Assembly: GCA_973895155.1 (NCBI GenBank)
Contig: OZ316894.1
Coordinates: forward strand, 13,883,580-13,947,579
DNA: 64,000 bases
Direction of reading: 5' to 3'
DNA from: Marsupella aquatica
Lineage: Eukaryota > Plantae > Marchantiophyta
The notes beneath the pieces are model-generated. The model was not told where the DNA came from. It saw only the letters and a program-made list of their open reading frames with translations, and searched no databases. The position numbers and the translations under genes are program-made. Every line of letters begins with the position of its first letter. Positions within the stretch are counted from its first letter, which is position 1. Shown here in pieces: positions 12,864 through 23,300 of the stretch.

Positions 12864-13857
12864 ATAACCATTTTCTCCATACCTACGGACTATTACCTCC
12901 TTGGCAGCTACCTTGGGTCGAGTTACAAAATGGATATCTCCCAACGAGAAAGAAACAGGAGGTTCATCGGAGGGAGGTTTGTTGAGATCCATCTCAATAC
13001 AAGATAAAATTGTGCAAGCCCAATCTTGCCCATAAACTACATAAGGGTATACAATTGGCTCTATTGAATTTAACATCGCAGTTGCAAATGCTTCTCCAAA
13101 GTGAAAAGTCATAATTATGCTGACGCATTATCTCTTTTTGGAGTACATGAATTCTAATAAGGAAAGGATTAGGGAGAGGAAGAATAGGTACTGGTCTGGG
13201 CATTATCGTACTATCAAATATTCCATCTAACTAATATTCATTCTAATGACAAGATATAGAATCATTCAATGAAAAGATCATTTATTTCAAATAAATACTA
13301 TGCATTGAGTTAACTCTAAGTATATACATGCAGATGTTTATCTTAATAAATTTATCTTCTTTTGAATAAAAATACTATCTGAAAGTCCAACGCATATAAA
13401 TTACCACTGACTGAGTTAAGTTCCAAGCCAGCGTGCATGCGTGGGTCTACTTCATAAGGGTTTCACCTAAAAGGAGCATAAGATGTTAAGGTATTGTTGA
13501 GTACTTTGCAACTCTTTAGGACTTAATAATCATCTCCCATCAAATGATAACATTTTTTGAAGGTCCAACTCATACAAAATATCTCTGGCTGAGCCAAAGC
13601 TCTAAGCAAGCGTGTATGAGTGGGTCTACTTCATAAGGGTTATATTCATAGAGGAGGTCACCAAGTCCAATGGATTCTTAAGGCTTCATAACTTAGTTAA
13701 TGAAAGATGGGGAGTGAGGAGAGAGAGCCCCTCTCCTCTTTATTTATAGTGCTCACACCTCAAGCACACGGATCAAGCATGGCACACGGATGGAAGCCAT
13801 ATGTCATACATCCAAGGCAAGTAAGTGTGCTAGTACTGTAGTTACGTGAGTGGAGCA

Positions 13858-14345
13858 ACTGTAGACAGTACACTGTAGTATGCACACTATAGATCGTACA
13901 TTGTAGCATGCATACTGTAGATCATACACTGTAGCATGCATACTGTAGATCATACACTGTAGCATGCACACTATAGGTCTTGCACTGTAGCATGCACACT
14001 GTAGATCGTACACTATAGCATGCACACTGTAGGTCTTGCACTGTAGCATGCACACTATAGATTGTACACTATAGCATGCATACTGTAGTCCGTGTACTGT
14101 AGCATGCACTCAGATCATACACTGTAGCATGCATACTGTAGATCGTACACTGTAGCATGCACACTGTAGGTCGTGCACTGTAGCATGCACACTGTAGATC
14201 GTACACTATAGCATGCATACTGTAGACCGTGTACTGTAGCATGCACTCTCTAGATCATATACTGTAGCATGCACACTGTAGATCGTACACTGTAGCATGT
14301 ACACTATAGGTCGTGCACTATAGTATGCACACTATAGACTGCATA
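13858..14345. repeat. Minisatellite inside the Gypsy LTR (14-bp units, 28-bp higher order)
   Basis: Alternating CACTGTAGCATGCA / CACTGTAGATCGTA units. Confidence 0.9.
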
Positions 14346-14426
14346 TAATGCAAAAATTCAAACTACTATCCTATACTACTAAGCTATACTTAGGAAGAAC
14401 TTACTAAATAAAGAATCCCCACGACA

Positions 14427-15358
14427 ACGCTCAATTTGGTAAACTCTCCTTCTATGAAGATTGCATCTTTGGCAAGTAGAGGAGAGTGAGTTTCAGTTCT
14501 AGTTCATACCATTCTCATGAGATCCTTGAGTATGTACATTTAGATATTTGGGGTCCACCGTTGGAATCGTCATTGGGTGGAGCCAAATATTTTGTGACAT
14601 TTGTAGATGATTACTCTTGAATGTGTTGGTTGTACTACATGAAGGAGAAGTCTAAAGTATTTGAGATCTTCAAGGAGTGGAAAGCCATGGTGGAGCTATA
14701 GATTGGGAAGGAGTTGAAGTGTGTTTGGTCAGATAATGATGGCGAGTATAAGTCCAATGAGTTTGATCAATTTAGTGGGGACCTTGGCCTCAAGCATCAT
14801 TACATTGTACTGGAGATCCGCAGTAGAATGGAGTTGTAGAGCGGTTGAATTGGACCTTGCTGGAGAAAGCACACAGCATGCTATGTAAGTCCAAGTTGCC
14901 TAACAATTTTTGGGTTGAAGCTGTCAACCAAGCTGCATACATCTACAATCTGTCATTGCACAGTAGTAAGTTGATGCAAACTCCATTTGAGTTGTGGTAT
15001 AAGAGACTTGCTAATTATACTAGACTCTGAGTTTTTGGTTGTGTTGCCTATGTTCACATTGAGTAGACACACATTATTAAGTTGGATCCCAAGTCTAAGA
15101 AATCAATTTTTCTAGGCTTTAGTCCTAGGCAGAAGGGCTATAAATTATGGGATCCTGTCGATTGCAAGGCATTTGTGAGCAAAAATATTGTTTTTGACAA
15201 AGAATGGTTGTCAAGACCCCGATATAATCAGGAGGAACAGGTGGAGGACTACGGTGGAGCTTGGTAGTGATGAGGAAGCTGTTGGTCCCTCTGGTAGAGG
15301 TGCAATTTCTCAACCAAGGAGCTCCACAAGGACCAATTTCCCCTCATAGATTTGGTTT
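14427..15358 (+). pseudogene. Decayed Copia integrase fragment
   Basis: LEYVHLDIWGP, KYFVTFVDDYS, SDNDGEY, NGVVERLNWTLLEKA, FWVEAV, LDPKSKKSIFLG, with many stops. Confidence 0.9.
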
Positions 15359-17081
15359 TGTAGATCCTCGTGTTTACGTTGTTGAGCACGACAATGATCC
15401 CAGTGCCCTGGGGAATCACTCGTCGGATTCTTAGAACCACGTGCAAACAAATGAAGGGTATTATTCAAAATACTACCCAATTAATAATTATAATCGCAAA
15501 TTTGTAATGAAGGTGATTAATTAACTCCTGATCATATATTATTTTTATTTCTATGCAAGGATATTACCACATAGTGTATGCCACGCGTCACTAGCAGATT
15601 GGTCCATGTGTCACTTTTGTCACACCATTCTAGATAGTATTAGAGTGTATCGTACTATCTAGATCTGTATGTTTGGTATGTCTGCTATGAGCCAATAAGG
15701 TTTTGTTAGGTTTGTGTGAGAGGGTAGTTCTCTCTTGTGAGGCATTGAAAGGTTATCTTTCAATTAATGTTGAGCCTTGGAGAGAGAGGAGCTTGAGTGT
15801 GGCTATGGTGGCTGTGAGCTCCGCTTGTGTAACATGGATTCTTTGAGTAGGGCAAGGTGCGTTGGCTTGACATACGTGTGTGATCGGATCGGTGCGAGAT
15901 AGATGAGGTATTGTTGATCGGGATCGTTGTGTCAATTGTTGAGAAGATTACATTGAAAGATCAGGAGCTTCAAACTCTTGTGCAGATAGAAGCTTAGTTT
16001 GAGTTTGTCGTTGACGATTTGCAGTAGATTGAATCAATTGGAGCTGTTGTTGTGATCCGTGGTACCTTGGATTGTGGAGTTCTGGTGCGTCCCATGCCTC
16101 CCCAAACCCAAGAAACCCTCTTGCTCAAGCCGATTCCCGTAGGTTTCGTCCTTGGCGAGGCCGTTTCCGCGGCTTAGCGACATGGGACGCTGCTAACTCT
16201 CCTTCAACTACTACTATTAACATTTTATACACATATACTGGACAGATCCTTCATCGGGTCATGAGATACTTAGCCGGCCTATTCTAGTCCCTCCCTTGTA
16301 TCCCTCTCCTGGTCTTCCATTAGGTATGTTTGGATTCCGCCGTCGGAATGATCCCCAATTGGCTTGGTTAAGCCACTAAGACCTCTCTCAGCTCGACACA
16401 TCCAACTCTCACTCCCCTGCTTACTTCTATTCCTCTATTAGTTTATGTGGGCACTCTTCACACAAGTTAATGCGCCACACAAATAGCAAAATGACTCCTT
16501 CTGACTGGGTTATACCATGCACTTGCCATACAAACAGTACATCTCATACACAAGCTCTGTGAACTAAGCCGTGAGGCCAACTCTATTCAGTTCTTAGGTA
16601 TGACGAAACATGAATATACACAAGGGTCACTGTATAACTAACCGAGAGCTTCTCTTACTACTTGATCCCAGCCCTGCTGGTGCAACTAGAAACTTGCTAA
16701 AGAAGAGGCCCTGAACTCCCCGCAGCCCAGGTACTTATCCTGGTTGTGGATCCGCCTGATTCCTTGCAGCGTAAGCCTAATCTACCTACTGTAATCTACC
16801 TAACTGTAATCTACCTAACTGTACAGCGAGGCAGGAGCACAAGTGTCGCCCTCACCCGTGGATCCGAAATCCCACTAATCTAAGTGTTAGGGCCGTCTCC
16901 TGGTCCTGATCCTAAGTCTAAACTTGGAGATCAGCGCCCGCCCTGCCCACTCATGCCTCCTACCTCCACGTCCGCCCTCCCTAAAAGGGACGGCGCCCTT
17001 ACACCGTCACGATACCGGTGGCTGGTCCTCAATGGATGCCCCCAACGCTTCCTCCGCAGCCACTGCCGTTGGTCCGTCCTC

Positions 17082-18455
17082 TCACAGATTACCTGCCCCT
17101 GACCGAGTCAACTCTTCATTGGCCTGACTGGGTCCACCCTCGGCTTCAGCCTCAGCATCGGTCACGGCCTCCGATATGGCTACGGCCTCCCCAGCATGTT
17201 CTAGTGGAGGATCCGGTACCTCGGCAGCATTACTGGTTCTCCTGGCCTTGGCCTTGCCATCTTCACTTCCTAGGACTGGTGGATCCACCGCCATGCCGAT
17301 GCCGGAGGTTGGTGCCGGGTTTATCTTCTCGGTCACAACGGCTTGAGAAGCCGTATAACTCCCAGACCTAGAAGGTTTCCGCTTCTTCTTTTTCCCTATT
17401 TTGACAGCCGGTTCCTTCCCCTTGCCACTTACCTCCGGCACCGGGATGAGTGTTTCGGCTTGTCCTTCGGCCAATACTACCCCTGGTAACTGGGTTCCCC
17501 CAATTGGAGTTGGACCTAATGAAGCCAAGCATTTAAATACTGCGACTTGTTTCTTCAGCCGCTCCGTTTGGTTGTCGGCCCGCCGCTGTAGGTTCTCCAT
17601 CTTCCTCGTGATTTCCTCCAACTCCTCCTGGGTCTCGTCCAGGTCCTTGTGCGCCTCCTCTAGCTCCTTATTGGCTTCCTCCAATTCTGTCTTTAAGGTA
17701 GTCCTCTCGTCCTGGGTTGCTCTTAGCTCCTTGTCGAGCTCTGCTACGACCACAGACTCCATCTTATTCATCTTGGCATAAGTCTGGTCGAGCTGGTCCT
17801 CCTTTTCACGCAGGTCGGCCTTGAAGCTGGCCGTCAGGGACGCAAGCTCCTGCTGCAGCGCAATAATCCCTTGATAGAATTTCCCTAATTCTGCTTCCTT
17901 CTGCTCAAGGGCTCCGCGGATATCTTCGAGCTCTCCTTTCAACGCCCTCTCCCTTCTCTGGTTCTCCGCCATGGCCCAATTGTTGGTTGCTAAGTGGGCC
18001 TCCTCTGCATCCCTTAGCTCCCGCTTCCATTTCTCTCTTTCCTTGACTGCGCCGGCCAACTCTCCTTGGGTCCGAGTCAGTTTATCTTTGATAATCTGAT
18101 TGTCAGACTGAGCGGTATCCAACTGACCCTGCATGATGTTTAGCTCATGCCACTTAATCTGCAGCTCATCTTGGGCTTTCTTGGCCACCTGCAGGGCTTC
18201 CACCTCGGCTTCCTTCTCCCTAAGCCGCCGGATGACCTCGTCCTTCTTGCTTTTCTCCAAAGCCACTGCTTCTTCTAATCGGTGCTTTTCCAACATCTCC
18301 CTCTGGAAAAAGGGTCCTTGCTCCAACTCCTCCCCAAAGATGTTGAGCGCCAGGTCCCCACACATCTCCCCGTACTCCATGGCTCTATCCTTAGCATAGG
18401 TGGAGTAAGTAGAAGTCATCGGCATCAACCAGCGCGGCCTCTGCTCCCAAGCCAC
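17082..18455 (-). CDS. Coiled-coil protein, C-terminal part of the LTR-encoded ORF
   Basis: 457-aa ORF rich in E/K/L heptads, with a KKKKRK basic patch. Conserved but broken in copy 2 (23231..24516). Confidence 0.7.
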   Translation of the reverse strand: MAWEQRPRWLMPMTSTYSTYAKDRAMEYGEMCGDLALNIFGEELEQGPFFQREMLEKHRLEEAVALEKSKKDEVIRRLREKEAEVEALQVAKKAQDELQIKWHELNIMQGQLDTAQSDNQIIKDKLTRTQGELAGAVKEREKWKRELRDAEEAHLATNNWAMAENQRRERALKGELEDIRGALEQKEAELGKFYQGIIALQQELASLTASFKADLREKEDQLDQTYAKMNKMESVVVAELDKELRATQDERTTLKTELEEANKELEEAHKDLDETQEELEEITRKMENLQRRADNQTERLKKQVAVFKCLASLGPTPIGGTQLPGVVLAEGQAETLIPVPEVSGKGKEPAVKIGKKKKRKPSRSGSYTASQAVVTEKINPAPTSGIGMAVDPPVLGSEDGKAKARRTSNAAEVPDPPLEHAGEAVAISEAVTDAEAEAEGGPSQANEELTRSGAGNL

Positions 18456-18469
18456 CCTGCGGATTTCTT

Positions 18470-20011
18470 CTATAGTGGCAAGAGGGTTGCTTCTTTTTTT
18501 GGCAAGCCGCCTGATGTCCTCCGGCCAATCTCTCCTGGTAAATCTTTCTCCCTAGCCAGGGCTGCTTTCTCTTCCTCCCAAAGTTGCTCCTGAAATTCTT
18601 GTGCCGTCTGCTTTATGCCGTCAAAGCTCGGGGGAGCAACCTCTAGTGGGGGAGACTCGGGGCTACTCTGTTGGGTGGGGTCCCCTCGAACTACTCTTGG
18701 AAGTGTGGGGATAAATCGGCCACAGGTCCTTACTCCTGGAACATGATGATCCGACCCATAGCCGGAGTTATCATTGCTGTAGTCCTCCACCGCCTCCTCG
18801 GCTCCCACGTACATTCGCACTCCCGACTTGTGTTCCGGCCTAAATCTCTCCTTGGTTCCGGTAAAGGGGTCTTTCCTTCTGAGTCGGCTTAGGCCGACCT
18901 CTGGGGCAGCGTCCTGTATTGGTGCCGTTGTCGTTGCCGGAACCAGTGCCGGTGCCGTTCTCTTTTCTTTCTCTAGCAATTCCAGCAGATTTTTCATGCC
19001 TGGTTGCTGCATCGGCAAGTCTTCTTTCCTTGGCCGAAACACCTGCTCGATCGTCGGACTGTCGGGCTGGTTGGGCTTCTCTGGTGCCGGCCCCTGCTCC
19101 GGAACCTCCTTCGGTGCCCTTGCCGATAGGGGAAGTACTGGGGCAAAGATTTGACTTCTGGCATACCGGCACAACAGCGGCATGTGATAGCCAAGCCGGG
19201 ACACGCTTCCCATGCCGATCACCTGTTGTTCCTCCTTCAAGATTTTCTTCAGTTGGTTGAGGAGGTACCCGTTGTAATCCCAGCTTGGGTCTGGCCTTTC
19301 TGCCAGGTAGACCTGAGCCTTGCCGATCTCTGCCCTCGGCAAGTTACAATGCATGGTCACCCGCAAGAAATCGATCATCTCTCCAATGTGTGGGTTGGTG
19401 CAGGTGTTTCGGAAGAAGCCATTCTTCGTTGATGGTCCTGGGAACGACCGGAACTCCTTGTTAGGTAAGGTCTTCCTGGTATCAACCTTGGTCTTATTAC
19501 CCATCGGCAAGCCAAACACCTCAGCAATCACCCGGGGAGTGAGATAGAAATCCTTCCCATACACCCTCGTGGAATTGGTCTCGGGTTCCCATGATCCCAC
19601 AAATTCTAATAAGTCTGAGTCCGGCACCTCTGGCTTCAGCCATGGTAATCTTACGAAGGCTTCCAAGTCGGATCCGGCCATGAAGCCCTGGTACTTCTTG
19701 GTCTGCATGGCCGTAAAGCATGCATCCTCCTCTCGTGCAAAGTGTAATTGCACCTCCTTCGGTAGGGTCGCCGCCCAGCCTTTCCAGGTGTCATCATTTG
19801 TTGGAATGGCATTGATGGGATCAACCTCTTTCTCTTCGGCTTCTCCCTTTGTCCTGCTCTGCTGCTCTGCTGGCTTCCTAGGTGCCGCCGACCTCATTCT
19901 TTTTGCCGGGGTGGCATCTTCGTTGTTGTTTCCTTTCCTCTTCATCTCGGCTGCCGTGGATGTTTCTCCTAGCAAAGTTGCCTTCGTCCACCCCTCCGTG
20001 TTACCCTTCAA
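18470..20011 (-). CDS. Unknown retroelement accessory protein, N-terminal part
   Basis: 513-aa ORF conserved in copy 2 (24830..25829) and distantly in 39598..39888. It probably joins 17082..18455 across a frameshift near the T-run at ~18495. Confidence 0.7.
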   Translation of the reverse strand: MKGNTEGWTKATLLGETSTAAEMKRKGNNNEDATPAKRMRSAAPRKPAEQQSRTKGEAEEKEVDPINAIPTNDDTWKGWAATLPKEVQLHFAREEDACFTAMQTKKYQGFMAGSDLEAFVRLPWLKPEVPDSDLLEFVGSWEPETNSTRVYGKDFYLTPRVIAEVFGLPMGNKTKVDTRKTLPNKEFRSFPGPSTKNGFFRNTCTNPHIGEMIDFLRVTMHCNLPRAEIGKAQVYLAERPDPSWDYNGYLLNQLKKILKEEQQVIGMGSVSRLGYHMPLLCRYARSQIFAPVLPLSARAPKEVPEQGPAPEKPNQPDSPTIEQVFRPRKEDLPMQQPGMKNLLELLEKEKRTAPALVPATTTAPIQDAAPEVGLSRLRRKDPFTGTKERFRPEHKSGVRMYVGAEEAVEDYSNDNSGYGSDHHVPGVRTCGRFIPTLPRVVRGDPTQQSSPESPPLEVAPPSFDGIKQTAQEFQEQLWEEEKAALAREKDLPGEIGRRTSGGLPKKEATLLPL

Positions 20012-20334
20012 CTCCTAGTGTAGGTCGTTGCAGCGATTGATGGCTTCCCGATGCCGACGATTCTGTCTTCGCAAAACAGAAGGTCATCGAGCTGATTAGC
20101 AGTAGGAGTCCACAAGAACTCAGCCTTGATGAGTTCTTCTCCTAAGAAGGCAGACTTATGCAGCTCCCATAGTCGAGCGAGTTCCTGCCGTTCTCGAGCT
20201 GCTCTCTCCGGTTCTTCGTCCTCGTAAGTCCTGACGTACTCACCTGCCCGTTCGAACAGGCATCCCCAAAAATGTGCCGCCTGATTGACGTTGCTCATAC
20301 CCTCCTTGAGTCGATCGTTGGTATCTGTTCCCAT
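20008..20334 (-). CDS. Small upstream ORF of the LTR-like unit
   Basis: 108 aa, overlapping the next ORF start. The homologous HFWGCLF...EYV.TY segment is at ~33400-33600 in copy 2. Confidence 0.5.
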   Translation of the reverse strand: MGTDTNDRLKEGMSNVNQAAHFWGCLFERAGEYVRTYEDEEPERAARERQELARLWELHKSAFLGEELIKAEFLWTPTANQLDDLLFCEDRIVGIGKPSIAATTYTRS

Positions 20335-23300
20335 CCCAAGTGCTTGCCTAAGCAGCTAACAGCATTTGGCCTCCCGTAGTCGTCTGCCTAGTTCGTTCTT
20401 GCAAATGAGCCACTATTCCTCGCGAGCGGTCCTTACCCCTCTCCTCTTCTGGTTTTCCCTCCCGTTGGTCACTCCTAGCCACCGACGCTTAGCGCGCCCT
20501 AACCCTAATCGTGTTCTCTCCCCCGACGTCCTTACTTCCGGCCTCGGCCCACGTTCCATAGTCACCCTTAATTGTTTATATTTTCCTTGTCTTGTTACTA
20601 TACTAAGGTGTTTCCAGGGTACACTCCTGCTTTACCATGTAAACCGGCCTAGTGATTCCTGGCTAGGCATCACAGGAGTGCATCGCCGGTATTTTGATTC
20701 GCTATAGTCAGTGTTGAGAAGTTTGTGTCTGATCTGTGCTGCCATTTGATCGAATCATCAAAGGACAGATTGGGAGTTTTGTGAGCCACGGTTGAGAAGA
20801 AACTGTTAGCTTGGCAATTGTGGGTTGCAGGTTTGCTCTCGCCATACGCTCCGCAACCTGTAATGTGTTGACCAACTATTTTCTGAAGGAACTTGACTCT
20901 CAAAGTTGTGAGATTGCATTGGGGTTGTTTGCTGCAAGCCGACGCTCGCACTTGTGCTCTATTCTGTGAACGGAAGAGACCCCAAATGTTGTGTTTTTGA
21001 CATCCGACGTGTCTGGTGCAAAAACCTGCATTTTCGTGAAGGAAGTAGCACCAAAAGTTGTTGTTTTTCCGACCGCCGATCCGGAAGCAGCCGTCAACTA
21101 GGGATGACCGATAGATGTTGCCCAATCGCGTAGCAACAACATGAGGGGTTGCTTGTAGTCGACGCTGCATTTTTGTGAAGAAAGCGACTACTAATAGTCG
21201 CTTATGTTGCCAAAATTGATGTCGTGAGGGTAGTATTCGTGGATCCGACAGGATAGGGAGGCTTTGAGGCAACTCGTGGTTACTCGGGATGTGAGAGCGG
21301 AGCAAGAGCGCTTGCTGGTACGTGAGGAGAACTTGCAAGGGTGTTGCAGTTTTGAGTGCCAGATTTGGTGCATAATGACAAGTGCGAGGTCACCCATCCC
21401 AAAGCTATTCCTCCCCCACACGCTTAACTATGTGGTTCTTAAGTGCTCTTGTGTACACACACTCCTTTCCACTTTGATGTTTAGACACATTCTGGTTTGT
21501 TTAGATTGCCATTTTGGGCCAAATCGTAAGCTCTTTCAAGGTTTTTGATGCTTCTGAATTCATCTAGATGCATGGATCGAACCAATTGTGCATGGATCCT
21601 TAGCTACGACATTGAACATTGAGAGACCTATTATGAAGGCCCTACATTGAACATTATGAACATCGTTTGATTGATGTATGATCTCTGTTGATGTGGAGAG
21701 TTATTGTGGATCTCTTCTTGTTGATTGGATCCTCTCCACATATGCTTCCTGTTTATGTGCCATGTTAGTTTGGCATGGGCGCTTGATTCTATAGGAGTGA
21801 TCCGGGTTTGTGTGGTGCGACCCATGGCTCCCTAAACCCAAGAAACCCCCCTGCACAAGTCGATTCCCGCAGGTTTCGCTCTTGGCGTGGCCGGTTCCGC
21901 GGCTTAGCGGCATGGGACACTGCTAACTCTCTTCTACTAACATTTTACACATATATACTAGACAGATCCTTCATTGGGTCATGAGATACGTAGCCGGCCT
22001 ATTCTATGGCTTCCCTTGTATTCCTCTCCTTATCTTCTTTAGGTATGTTTGGATTCCGCCGCCGGAATGATCCCCAACTGGCTTGGGTTAGCCGCTAAGA
22101 CCTCTCTCAGCTTGACACATCCAACTCTTACTACCTTGCTTACTTCCTTCTCTCTTGGTTGATGTGGACAATCTTCAAACAAGTTAATGCGACACACAAA
22201 TAGCAAAATGACTCCTTCTGACTGAGTTATACCATGCACTTGCCATACAAACAGTACTTCTCATACACAAGATCTGCGAACTAAGCCGTGAGGCCAACTC
22301 TATTCATCTCTTAGGCATGAGGAAACATGAGTATACACAAGGGTCACTGTATAACTAACCAAGAGCTTCTTTTACTACTTGATCCCATCCCTGCTAGTGC
22401 ACTAGAAACTTGCTAAAGAAGAAGGCCCTGAACACCCCGCTGCCCAGGTACTTATCCTGGCAGTGGATCCGCCTAATTCCTTGCAACGTAAGCCTAATCT
22501 ATCATAACTATATTCTACCTATGTACAGCGAGGCAAGAGCACAAGTGTTGCTCTTACCAGCGGATCCGCAATCCCACTAATCTAAGTGTCAGGGCCGTCT
22601 CCTGGTCCTGATCCTAATTCTAAACTTGGAGATTTGAGCCCGCCCTTCCCACTCATGCCTCCTACCTCCACATCCGCCCTTTTTAAAAGGGACGGTGCCC
22701 TTACACCGTCACGACACCGGTGGCTGGTCCTCAATGGACGCCCCCGATCCTTCCTCAGCGGTCAATATGGGCCTCCCGTTCTTTGACAGGTTATCCGCTC
22801 CTGACCTGGTCAACCCTTTTTTAGCATGTCCGGGCCCCACCACTGCCTCGGCCTCATTTCCTTGACTTCTCCTTTCCCAGCTTCCACCAACCCAACTTCG
22901 GCCTGCCCGACTTCTATTTATGGGGGTCCCACCCCTGCGGCTCCTGTTGTCTCCTTCCCGGCATCGGCTACCTTGCCGTAGTGGTCCTCCTCATAGGCTT
23001 GTTCTATGAGGCGGGTTGTCTCGTCCTCCCAAGGTTGCGGTTGATGCCGATCAATGCCTGGCAACCTTAGGTCGGTGCCTGTCATGGCCTCCCCCAACGG
23101 TGTGGCTCCCTGACCCAGAAGGCTCCCGCTTTTTGTCCTTCCCCACCCAAACAGCTGGTGACTTCCCCTTGTTGCTTTCTTCCGGCAAGGGTGAGGGTAC
23201 CATGGCTTGTCGCTCGGTTAGTACCACGCCCTACGACTCTATTGCCGCTACCGGGGGTCCACTTGTTGCGGCCAGCCGATTTAGCTCCTCGGACTGCTTC

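Larger units (their letters stand above)
2660..14426 (-). mobile_element. Ty3/Gypsy LTR retrotransposon (5' LTR, gag, protease, start of RT), interrupted by MITE, Copia and CACTA
   Basis: Minus-strand LTR TGTCGTGGGG(14426)...CCCCAGACA(6529), then PBS, gag with CCHC knuckle, DSG protease and RT N-terminus. Confidence 0.85.
6529..14426 (-). repeat. Gypsy 5' LTR (~1.7 kb net), split by the Copia insertion
   Basis: Termini TGTCTGGGGG (plus strand, 6529) and CCCCACGACA (14426) are imperfect inverted repeats. The interior is non-coding and adjacent to the PBS. Confidence 0.75.
16081..20674 (-). mobile_element. Giant (4594 bp) ORF-containing solo-LTR-like unit, copy 1
   Basis: Ends TCTGGTGC...GCATCACA (copy 2 starts TGTGGTGC). 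5-bp TSD GGAGT at 16076-16080 and 20675-20679. No internal terminal direct repeats and no pol. Confidence 0.85.

Noticed and set aside
13804-14109. 101-aa Cys/Tyr-rich ORF
   Set aside because: It is a translation of the 14-bp minisatellite.
16051-16080. TGTGAT at 16051 as the element start (perfect match to the ATCACA end)
   Set aside because: There is no TSD there. Alignment with copy 2 and the GGAGT duplication put the boundary at 16081.
20497-20510. Interstitial telomere (CCCTAACCCTAAT; also ~33788 and ~62014)
   Set aside because: Only one or two units. At most a telo-box-like motif within LTR-type sequence.
20670-21338. 222-aa ORF as a gene
   Set aside because: It has no recognisable motif, lies antisense in probable LTR sequence and its stop falls across an insertion junction.
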